From Myxococcales bacterium (GTDB lineage Bacteria; Myxococcota_A; UBA9160; SZUA-336), in the NCBI GenBank assembly GCA_013215565.1, contig JABSQV010000130.1, forward strand, positions 8,880 through 72,879: a stretch of DNA of 64,000 nucleotides, in the 5' to 3' direction. The notes below the pieces were generated by a model. It did no database searches. It was not told the DNA's origin and saw nothing but the letters and a program-made list of their open reading frames with translations. Of the stretch, positions 1 through 8,169 are shown one piece after another (position 1 is the first letter of the stretch; every line of letters starts with the position of its first letter). Made by a program: the position numbers and the translations under genes.

Positions 1-562
1 CGATCAGGTTCGCAATTCGGGAACTGAGTTGCCGCATCGTCCAGTAAAACTCGTCGGCGGTCACGTCGGTGTTGGGATCGGTGTTGCCGCTGAAGCTCAA
101 CACCGGGGTCACCAGGTTGCCGTTCTTGTACACATCGAAGGTGCCGCTCGGGGAGGCCATGATCACGTGGATGTGGATCGACTCCCAGGTCGCGCTCGCG
201 ATCGGTGTCGCGCTGGTCGCCACGACAACCCCATCGACCTGGATGGTGATGTTGTTGGTGCTGTCCTCGAATGACACACCACCAAGCAGCGTTCCCGACT
301 TTCCATAGCCGAGGACGTGTAGGTCGTTGCTGGTGTTGTTGGCGGGGTTCTTGAAGTGGTAGTGGAGCCAGAACTCGCTCTTGGCGGCCGTCCAGGCATG
401 CCGCGCCGAGTGGGTGCCGATGGCGCTCGCGTGGTTCAGCGCCCGATCGGTATTCGCGTTGGGCGTGTCGGTTGTGTAGGTCGGGGTCGTTCCCGAGGCG
501 ACGATGATCTCGTCGTCGGCGATGCGAAGCCCACCAAAACCAAGCTGACCGATGATGCTCAT
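1..562 (-). CDS. Minor tail protein (runs off the window start)
   Basis: Hand-translated ORF absent from the track (MSIIGQLGFGGLRIADDEII...), with an AGGAAGG RBS, directly downstream of the tape measure gene; beta-rich composition. Confidence 0.65.
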   Translation of the reverse strand, partial: MSIIGQLGFGGLRIADDEIIVASGTTPTYTTDTPNANTDRALNHASAIGTHSARHAWTAAKSEFWLHYHFKNPANNTSNDLHVLGYGKSGTLLGGVSFEDSTNNITIQVDGVVVATSATPIASATWESIHIHVIMASPSGTFDVYKNGNLVTPVLSFSGNTDPNTDVTADEFYWTMRQLSSRIANLI

Positions 563-571
563 GTGTCCTTC

Positions 572-3500
572 CTATGGGGTCCAGGCATTGAACCGCCCTC
601 TGGTGAATCCGACCTTCGCTCCCGAAGCCCGACGGATGATGCGCTTGACGCCGGTTGCCCGACCTCGTTGCATCGACTCTACTTGTACCGCGTCAAGCAG
701 GCGACCCTCAGCAACAACCATCACTTCGATGCGTTGCCCTGAGCCTCCTCCTGCAGCCGCCGCGCCTGCACCGAGGGCAGCGCCAGCCTGTGCAGGCCCC
801 GCGCGTCCACCAGCCATGCGGGCACGGTTCTCGTCCGCGTTGAGGACAGCCTCGCCGGGGTGGAGAACGGTGCGCATGGTTGCGGGCACGTATTGGATCC
901 CACTCGAGGAGCCCTTCTTGAACAGGCTCCCGATCGCTTCGCCGATGTCCTTGATGAACCCGGAGTCATCGGAGTCGAACCCTTTACCGCCCTTCTTGTT
1001 CTTTTTATCCTTGCCGCCAATGCCGGGAATGATGGCCACGATGGCCTTACCGATCTCCTTGCCGATCTGAAGGACAGACTCAAGGATGCCCTCGACCAGC
1101 GCGAACACGATCCGAGGCATCTTGCCGATCAGTTCGACGACGATCCCTTCTACGAGGGCGAAGACGATCTCTGGGAGCGCCTTGACGATCTCGACAACCA
1201 CCTCGGGGATCAACATCACGATCGCCGGGAGCAGCTCGGGCAGCGCGTTGGCCAGGGCGATGATGATGTTGGGGATCATGCCGATGATGGTCGTGATCAG
1301 GAAGGGGATCTCTCCCAGAATTGCGGCGATGAGCTGAGGGATGGCTTCGATGACGGAGACAACGATCTGCGGGACGGCTCGAACGAGCGCCATGACGATG
1401 CCTGGGATCCCAGCGATGACCGCGTGGATGATCGCAGGCAAGCTATCGATCAGGGCATCAAGGATCTGGGGGATCGCGCGAACGATGGCACGAATGATCT
1501 GGGGAATGCCCTCAAGGATCGCCGTGATGATGCTGGGCAAGGCTTTGAGTAGCTGGCGAACAAGCAGAGGAATCACGTCGATGATTGTGACGATCGAACC
1601 AAGCAGCGCGGTCACAAGGCCAGGGATGGCGTCGAGGATGGCTTTGAGCACACGGGGCAGTTCGGCGACGAGCCCCTCAACAAGCGCGGGAAGCGAAGCC
1701 GCGATCGACGCAATGAGATCAGGGATCCGCTCCCCCAGTCGCTCAATGATGATCGGCGCTGACTCTGCGACTTGCTCAACGAATGCAATCGCGGCATCGA
1801 CCATCTGATCGACCATCGCGTTGGTGTTCCCGGTCTCTCCGACCCCGCGCCCTACCTGGCCGCTCTCGATGAGGGCCGCGGTGATCTCTTTGGTCGTCGC
1901 GAGGATCCCTCGGAGCGAGATGTCCATGCCGGTCAGGGAGCTGACGAGACCAACGGCGGCACCGCTGGCCATGCCGAAGGCGTTGACCGCAGCCATGCCG
2001 ATGTCGCCGAACGCGGCGATCAGGGTCTGGCGCTTGTGCTGGGCGATCTGCTTGTCGAACTCGGCCTCGATCGCTGCTCGGGTCTCGGCCGACGCTTCGG
2101 TCAGCTCGGCGAGGGTGTTGAACTTGTCGATCTCCAGCGCCTCGACAACCGACACCTCCTGGGCGCGCAGATCGGCGAGAATGTCCCCAGCCTCCTTCTC
2201 GGCGTCGATGCGGATCTGGCGCAGCTCGGCCTGGTGCTCCTCCTCCTCCTTCTCTGCCTCGGCAATGAAGTTGGCGTTGACCTGCTGCAGCGCCTCGCGC
2301 CGGTTCTCCTCGATCTTCTGGGTCTCCTCACCCAGCTCTGTGGCGAGCCTGACCTCCTCGTCGAAGGCTTTGTTGACCTCCTCGATCTTTTTCTCGCGAG
2401 CGCGGAGGGCCAGCTCGATCTCGTCGTCGGCGATCTTGAGCGCGTCATCCCTGAGGCTTTGCATCAGCGCCTGGGTGGCCTCGGCCGCCTTCTGTCTGGC
2501 CTCGATCGCTGTCTTGGCGACATCCTCGATCGACCGATTCTCGGCCTGGTGCGCCTCAAGTTGGACCTGCTTGTTCTCTTGCAGGAGTCGCTGGGAGGCA
2601 GACGAGATCTCGTTCCGCAGTGCGACGGCTCGACGGCTCTCCTCGGTCCGCTTCGCAGTGAGTTGATCGATCGCGGCCTGGGCGTCCTGCATGTTCTGGA
2701 TGTCGTCGCGCCCCAGCTTGTTGGCGATGACTTGGCGCGCGATCGTGTCCTGGGTGTGCTGGTTCTTGTCCTCCATCGCCGTCGCCACTTCTTGGGCTGC
2801 GGCGATCTGCTTGTCGAGGATCTTGACGTTCTCGTTCAGGGCGTCGGCCTGTGCCCGGATGACCGTGATCCCGTCCTTGCCGCCCTTGCGGATCAAGTCC
2901 TCGACGGTGAGCAACTCCCCGCCCGACTCGATCAACTTGCCCTGGTTGATCTGCAGGCGAGCGGTCTCGACCGATAGGGCGAGGACAGCCTCAAGCCGTC
3001 GCCGCTGGGCATCGGTCAGCGACTCGTCGGTCTCCAGCGCCTTGCGCGCTGCCGCCTGTTGCTTCTCCAGAGCTGGGGCGAGGCGCTTCTCCTCGGCCTG
3101 GGCGAGCTGCTCGGCTTCTGCGGTCAGCCGCTCCTGGGCGGCGCGGAGGAGCTCGGTCTCATCGCGGGCGGCCTTGACCTTGCCGATGTAGATCGCGATG
3201 GCGGCGACCACGGCTGCGATGGCTGCGGCGATGGCGAACAAGCCACCCGTGCTGACCGTGAGAGTGACACCGAATGCCGTCACGGCTGTACCTGCAACAC
3301 CAAACGCGGCACCGAGGGACGTGACCGCGCCAGACATCGCAATGGCACCCGTGGTCACGAACAGCACACCCATCGCCAGCAGCACCTTCTCGACGTGACC
3401 GGACAGGAAGATGAACGCCTTGATCAGCGGGGACATCGCAGCGGTGAAGTCGACGGTCAGCTTGACCATTGTCACAAAGCTGTTGGCGATCTCGGTCGAG

Positions 3501-4714
3501 TTGTTGAGCAGGAACGTGGTGATGTCGCCGAGGGTGTCCTTGACGACCTTGGAGATGGCCCCCGACTCCGACTTGAGGGCGGCGCTGGTCTCGTTCAGGA
3601 CCAGTGGGATCGCAGCGATCATCTCGCGCAGTGGACCCTTGAACGTGTCGAAGGTCTCGATCAGGAGATCCTGCAGCGCCGAGATCATCACCTTGGCCTG
3701 GAACTGGACGGTCTCCCCAGTCGTGTTCCACATGTCCTCGGTCGTGCCCGCCGAGTCCTTCATGCTCTCGGTGAAGCCGACCAGATCGATCTGCCCGGTG
3801 CGGATCGCCCCGGTGAGCTTGGCGATGTTCGCGCCCGACCGCGCACCGAAGATGGTGATCGCATCGCTGGCGGTCAGACCCACGTCCGCCATCTTGCCCA
3901 TGATCTCGTTGAAGCTGTTGGTCTCCGGGTTGATGTCCTTGAGTTGGAGTCCGTACTTCTTGAGGGCGGCGGCCTGCTGGTCAGTGCCCTTGGCGGCCTG
4001 GATCATCGACATACGGAAGTTGGTGCCTGCGAGCGAGCCCTCCAGGCCCAGGTCGCGGAACGCGGCGACGGCGGCCGTGGTCTCCTCGATGCTCATGCCG
4101 AAGGACGCGCCGGCGGTGCCTGCGAACTTCATCGCCTCTCGGATCGACTCGAAATCCAACAGGGAGGATCGCATCGACTTGGAGAACACATCGACGATGC
4201 GGGTGCTCTGGGTCGCGTCCAGCCCGAACTGCTTCATGGTCGCGGCGACCAGGTTCGCCGAGTCGCCAAGCTGGGCGCCGTTGACCCCAGCGAACCGCAG
4301 GGCATCTCCTGCGGCCGTCATCGACTGCTCAGCGGACAGACCGGCACGGGCGAGCGCCTCAAGCCCTTCGCCGGCCTGGGTGGCGGTGAATTCAGTCGAG
4401 GCACCCAACTCCCGCGCCTTGTCGATCAGCGGCTGCAGATCCTCGCCCGTCTTGTTGGTGATGGCGCTGACCACAGCCATCTGGTGCTCGAACCCAGACC
4501 CGACCGCGATGCTCGCCACGCCGAATGCGGTCATCGCTGCCCCGGCGACCTTGAAGGCCGTGGAGACTCCGGACTGGACCCGGCTGGCGACATTGATCAT
4601 GCCGTCGCCGCTGATTTTCATCGTGCGGCCGGCGCGCGCCATCCCCTTCTGGAAGTCGTCGTCCTTGAAAAACAGGGTGACGAGGAGCTTCCCGACGTTG
4701 GTCGACGATGGCAC
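572..4714 (-). CDS. Tail tape measure protein (TP901-family core)
   Basis: ~1380 aa Ala-rich; ARELGASTEFTATQAGEG, GLEGSLAGT motifs; coiled coil; IP-rich amphipathic repeats; GTG start after GAGGAGG. Confidence 0.95.
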   Translation of the reverse strand: MPSSTNVGKLLVTLFFKDDDFQKGMARAGRTMKISGDGMINVASRVQSGVSTAFKVAGAAMTAFGVASIAVGSGFEHQMAVVSAITNKTGEDLQPLIDKARELGASTEFTATQAGEGLEALARAGLSAEQSMTAAGDALRFAGVNGAQLGDSANLVAATMKQFGLDATQSTRIVDVFSKSMRSSLLDFESIREAMKFAGTAGASFGMSIEETTAAVAAFRDLGLEGSLAGTNFRMSMIQAAKGTDQQAAALKKYGLQLKDINPETNSFNEIMGKMADVGLTASDAITIFGARSGANIAKLTGAIRTGQIDLVGFTESMKDSAGTTEDMWNTTGETVQFQAKVMISALQDLLIETFDTFKGPLREMIAAIPLVLNETSAALKSESGAISKVVKDTLGDITTFLLNNSTEIANSFVTMVKLTVDFTAAMSPLIKAFIFLSGHVEKVLLAMGVLFVTTGAIAMSGAVTSLGAAFGVAGTAVTAFGVTLTVSTGGLFAIAAAIAAVVAAIAIYIGKVKAARDETELLRAAQERLTAEAEQLAQAEEKRLAPALEKQQAAARKALETDESLTDAQRRRLEAVLALSVETARLQINQGKLIESGGELLTVEDLIRKGGKDGITVIRAQADALNENVKILDKQIAAAQEVATAMEDKNQHTQDTIARQVIANKLGRDDIQNMQDAQAAIDQLTAKRTEESRRAVALRNEISSASQRLLQENKQVQLEAHQAENRSIEDVAKTAIEARQKAAEATQALMQSLRDDALKIADDEIELALRAREKKIEEVNKAFDEEVRLATELGEETQKIEENRREALQQVNANFIAEAEKEEEEHQAELRQIRIDAEKEAGDILADLRAQEVSVVEALEIDKFNTLAELTEASAETRAAIEAEFDKQIAQHKRQTLIAAFGDIGMAAVNAFGMASGAAVGLVSSLTGMDISLRGILATTKEITAALIESGQVGRGVGETGNTNAMVDQMVDAAIAFVEQVAESAPIIIERLGERIPDLIASIAASLPALVEGLVAELPRVLKAILDAIPGLVTALLGSIVTIIDVIPLLVRQLLKALPSIITAILEGIPQIIRAIVRAIPQILDALIDSLPAIIHAVIAGIPGIVMALVRAVPQIVVSVIEAIPQLIAAILGEIPFLITTIIGMIPNIIIALANALPELLPAIVMLIPEVVVEIVKALPEIVFALVEGIVVELIGKMPRIVFALVEGILESVLQIGKEIGKAIVAIIPGIGGKDKKNKKGGKGFDSDDSGFIKDIGEAIGSLFKKGSSSGIQYVPATMRTVLHPGEAVLNADENRARMAGGRAGPAQAGAALGAGAAAAGGGSGQRIEVMVVAEGRLLDAVQVESMQRGRATGVKRIIRRASGAKVGFTRGRFNAWTP

Positions 4715-4758
4715 TTTGAGTCCTCCTCTCCCGCCGAGTGTATCAGCCTCGGTCAGCA

Positions 4759-5118
4759 CTAACCCGCTGGGTCAGCGCCTCCCGCCTTGCGTTGGGTCAC
4801 CGCGATGCCCGCGCGGTGGAACGCATGGAGCAGCCCCATCTCGGCGCGCTCGGGATTCTGCTCCTTCGCCTCTTCAAGCGAGAAGGACTTATCGTTGGGT
4901 CCACGTCGTCGCCGTCGTCGAGTCGGCCGGTCGTTATCAGCGACCTTGGAACCCGAATATCCGGCACCCAGCACAGAGAGGATGGGCTCGGCGACGAGGT
5001 TGATCAGTCCGACCTTGTGCCGCATGACGCACCGCGACTGGAGCGCGATGCTCTCCCAGCTATAGCGATCCAGCAGATCGTCGAGGTCGTGCCCGGATGC
5101 GATCAGCGCACCGAGCAC
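4759..5118 (-). CDS. Tail assembly chaperone, frameshifted C-terminal part (gpGT-like)
   Basis: Lies between the chaperone and TMP; its frame is open back to the slippery site C CCT TTC at 5208-5214. Confidence 0.65.
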   Translation of the reverse strand: MLGALIASGHDLDDLLDRYSWESIALQSRCVMRHKVGLINLVAEPILSVLGAGYSGSKVADNDRPTRRRRRRGPNDKSFSLEEAKEQNPERAEMGLLHAFHRAGIAVTQRKAGGADPAG

Positions 5119-5138
5119 CTCCTCGATGTCTTCCGGCC

Positions 5139-5774
5139 CTACTCGCTTTGCCGGCTTCCCATCAGTTGCGCCACGAGGTCGGTCAGCCTTGCCCCCGACC
5201 GGGCTAAGAAAGGGACGAGGCCGGCGACCAACTCCTCTGCGGCGAACAGATCGGCCGCGTCGGACGCAGAGGTGCCGGTCTCATCGGCGAGTTTCTGGTT
5301 GGCCTGTGCAACCACGCCGGGGTGGGCGGCCTCGAACGCGTTGGCCAGTGCAGTCAGGACCGTTTCGCTGGATGCGAGTTGCACCAGCGCCTCGGCGATG
5401 GCGCCGAACCCGCCCTGCATCCTCGTCTGGATGTCGTCCCCATCGATCTGGACCTGGAGCAGCGTTTCGAGTTGACGGACCACTCTGATCTGGCCGCGCG
5501 CCGGGAGTGCCGACTTGCAGATGTAGCTGTTGCCGGCCGGGTCGAAGACCTCGATCGTGTCGGGCGGGTCGAGCTGATCGAACAGATCGCGCATCGCCTC
5601 GGCCGCTGATCGCAGCGTCATCTCGGCATCCGACTCCTCGTCGGGATCGAGCAGCTCGGCATCGAGTGCCTCGCCGGGCTGCTCGTCCAACTCGGCGTCG
5701 GACAGCTCGTCGGACAGCTCGTCGGTCTCGGCGCCCTTCTCGGGCTGGGCGGGTGTCGGGATATCGAGTCCCAT
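5139..5774 (-). CDS. Tail assembly chaperone (gpG-like)
   Basis: Acidic helical protein between major tail and TMP genes; GGAGG RBS. Confidence 0.7.
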   Translation of the reverse strand: MGLDIPTPAQPEKGAETDELSDELSDAELDEQPGEALDAELLDPDEESDAEMTLRSAAEAMRDLFDQLDPPDTIEVFDPAGNSYICKSALPARGQIRVVRQLETLLQVQIDGDDIQTRMQGGFGAIAEALVQLASSETVLTALANAFEAAHPGVVAQANQKLADETGTSASDAADLFAAEELVAGLVPFLARSGARLTDLVAQLMGSRQSE

Positions 5775-5845
5775 GATGTCCTCCTGGGCCTCGGTGGGCC
5801 TCATTCGAGGTCACCGTATCCCAGAAGGGGTCCTGAGCACCAGGA

Positions 5846-6397
5846 TCAAAGCAGCCGCTCGACCTTGATCAGCTGAGCGTTGGTCGCGAGGGACACGCCC
5901 GCCCAGTCGGTGTCGGCCCGGAGCGCCTTGAAGTTGTATTCGAACTGGTGCTCGTCGTGGGTGAACGGCAGCGAGGTGTTGCCCTCACCAACGGCGCGCC
6001 AGACATAGACGTTCATGGTGTTCGAGGACTGGCACATCTGATGTTGGACGTGGAGCGCCACCTCGGTGACACAGGGCTCGCCGCCGAAAGTGAAGGTCTC
6101 GTCAGAGCCCGTCACGGTCGTGTTGCCCGCGCCCAAGGCGAAGGTCAGTGAGTCGAAGTTCCACTCGATGCTGGTCACCTTGACCATGACCGACTGGGAC
6201 TGGATGAAGGTCAGCTCGATCAGCTTGGGGTTGCCCTGCATGATGTCGCGTTGCTCGGAGGCGAACTCGACGGTGATGCCGTCTTCGGTGATCGCGCCGA
6301 CATCAACGGAGGGAGTGGAGCCAACGGCTCCGAGGAACAACCTCGCGGGACCAAAGCTGATGTCCTCGCGGGTGACGGTGGGGAGGTTCAGGGGCAC
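5846..6397 (-). CDS. Major tail (tube) protein
   Basis: ISFGPARLFLG...DVGAITEDGITVEF pattern; synteny; AGGAGG RBS before GTG. Confidence 0.85.
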   Translation of the reverse strand: MPLNLPTVTREDISFGPARLFLGAVGSTPSVDVGAITEDGITVEFASEQRDIMQGNPKLIELTFIQSQSVMVKVTSIEWNFDSLTFALGAGNTTVTGSDETFTFGGEPCVTEVALHVQHQMCQSSNTMNVYVWRAVGEGNTSLPFTHDEHQFEYNFKALRADTDWAGVSLATNAQLIKVERLL

Positions 6398-6498
6398 GGG
6401 CACCCTCCTTGCGGAGTTTAGGGTCGAGGTGCGGTGCGCTTCGCCGAGCGTCGTCACGTGGACGATAGCACGGCGTGCCCCTGAGGGCTATTGCCCGA

Positions 6499-6963
6499 TT
6501 ATTTGGCGATGGCCTGGGCGGCCTCGATCTCCTCCTCGCTCATGTACGCCTCGGTGTTGATCTCGCCACACCCCCGGCAGATGATCTGCATGAAGCCGGG
6601 GGTCACCACGTCGGCGACCTGTTGCGCGATCGTCCGACACTGATCGTCATCGAGCGCGGCACCCGCGAGACTCACGCCCTCCAAAACAGCCTCGATGAGC
6701 TGCTCGGCGCCGACCCCGCCGACGCGGCTGTAGACAAGGTGGTCCTTGTACCTGATCCGCAGGATGTCGGTGCTCTGGTCGTACCAGGCCAGCAGGGCGT
6801 TGCACTTCTTGCAGTTCCACCGCGCGTCCTTCATGACCTTGCCAGAGTCCTCACGCTGGCTCCGCTCGCCTGGGAGGAACGCTCGACCCAGGGACGCGAT
6901 GTCGCGCTCCATCGCACCGATCCGGCGCTCCATCTTCTTCTCGGCGTTGGGGTCGTGGCTCAT
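6499..6963 (-). CDS. Mu Com-like zinc-ribbon protein with internal insertion
   Basis: RWNCKKCNALLA...MQIICRGCGEIN resembles Com (CxxCNKLL...IxCPRC). Confidence 0.45.
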   Translation of the reverse strand: MSHDPNAEKKMERRIGAMERDIASLGRAFLPGERSQREDSGKVMKDARWNCKKCNALLAWYDQSTDILRIRYKDHLVYSRVGGVGAEQLIEAVLEGVSLAGAALDDDQCRTIAQQVADVVTPGFMQIICRGCGEINTEAYMSEEEIEAAQAIAK

Positions 6964-7160
6964 CGTGTCTCCGTGGTGACCGCGATCCTGAAGCTCTCGC
7001 CGCAGCCGGGGCAGTCGCCGGTCTTGTCTTCTGTGGTTCCGATCGTGTCGCGGATCGTTGTGGGGTAGACCCCCTCCTCGTCGCGGAGCCTCAGAACGAT
7101 CGACCGACACCCAGATGGGCACAGAACGATCGTGGTGGCCTTGGCGACATTCCTGCTCAT
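6960..7160 (-). CDS. Small zinc-ribbon protein
   Basis: CPSGC...CPGC; stop overlaps the next start. Confidence 0.5.
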   Translation of the reverse strand: MSRNVAKATTIVLCPSGCRSIVLRLRDEEGVYPTTIRDTIGTTEDKTGDCPGCGESFRIAVTTETR

Positions 7161-7192
7161 CTCGATTCCGGGTCGGGTGCGCATCGGAGCTC

Positions 7193-7621
7193 CTACGTGC
7201 CTGTGGCTGTGGTCGCGATCCACCGACCGCGCATGAACCAGGCGTCGAGGTTGTCGACGTGGCCCTCGACGGGTCGCTGGATCTCGCGCGAGACCCCGCA
7301 CATCGCGACCCCGGCCACAGCCAGCCGCGACTCATGCAAGACCTCGAAGGCGGTGTCGTAGATCTCGGCCGCCTGATCCAGCGACCGCTTGCTGTACCCG
7401 TACAGCTCGAACGTCTGCCCAGCGACGTACCCACCGCTCCTCGCGTTGCCCGACAAGAACTCAAACACCAGGATCGGACCCTCGCCGAGCTGCTCGATCG
7501 CCTTGGCGTCCTCGAGGCGAGAGCCGAACACCCGGCCGCCAACGAGCGTCTGGATCTCGTCGCTGCCCAGCAAGGTCTTCCGGATCAGGAGTCGAACGGT
7601 TCTGGTCTCTGCTCGTCCCAT
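7193..7621 (-). CDS. Tail terminator/completion protein
   Basis: IQTLVGGRVF motif; synteny upstream of the major tail gene. Confidence 0.7.
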   Translation of the reverse strand: MGRAETRTVRLLIRKTLLGSDEIQTLVGGRVFGSRLEDAKAIEQLGEGPILVFEFLSGNARSGGYVAGQTFELYGYSKRSLDQAAEIYDTAFEVLHESRLAVAGVAMCGVSREIQRPVEGHVDNLDAWFMRGRWIATTATGT

Positions 7622-8169
7622 CAGATATTCAGCCCCGATCCCGGTCCGCGGGGAGTGAAGCGCAGGGCGGCCTTGGACCGAAGTCGGCTACCCAGCTCCT
7701 TGACGATGACTCGCATGGTCGCCTTCTGGGTGGCGGGCGCGGCCGCCGTGTTCCACAGAATGTCGCGACCCAGCATCACCCTGGTCCCCTTCACCACGTA
7801 GACAGCGTGAGGTGCGATCCCGGCATCGAGCTTGATCGCGAAATTGGGAGGCGACCGCGAGAAGTTGGTCCTGAGGGCGTTGAGCAATGTGCCCTTCTGG
7901 GTGTGGACCCGCATCTCGGGATTCAGGAGGGTCTTGTTGCTCGCCGCCGCGTGAATGCCGATGCTGCCGTGCCGCCGCGCGTAGGGGTGGCCCAGTCGGG
8001 CGAGCTGCTCGGGGCTGTGGTCCCGCAGGCTCATGTTCTTGCGGATCCTGCTCTCCAGCAGCCGACCCGCAACCTGCACCGCTGCCTCAGCCGCCTTCTG
8101 TTCGAGCGACCCGATCTTCTGTAGCTGCTGGATGGAGACATTCAGAGCGCCGGCATCGAAGTGCATCAT
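7621..8169 (-). CDS. HK97 gp10-like neck/tail completion protein
   Basis: TQKGTLLNAL...HAVYVVKGTRVMLGRDIL pattern; basic; synteny. Confidence 0.7.
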   Translation of the reverse strand: MMHFDAGALNVSIQQLQKIGSLEQKAAEAAVQVAGRLLESRIRKNMSLRDHSPEQLARLGHPYARRHGSIGIHAAASNKTLLNPEMRVHTQKGTLLNALRTNFSRSPPNFAIKLDAGIAPHAVYVVKGTRVMLGRDILWNTAAAPATQKATMRVIVKELGSRLRSKAALRFTPRGPGSGLNI

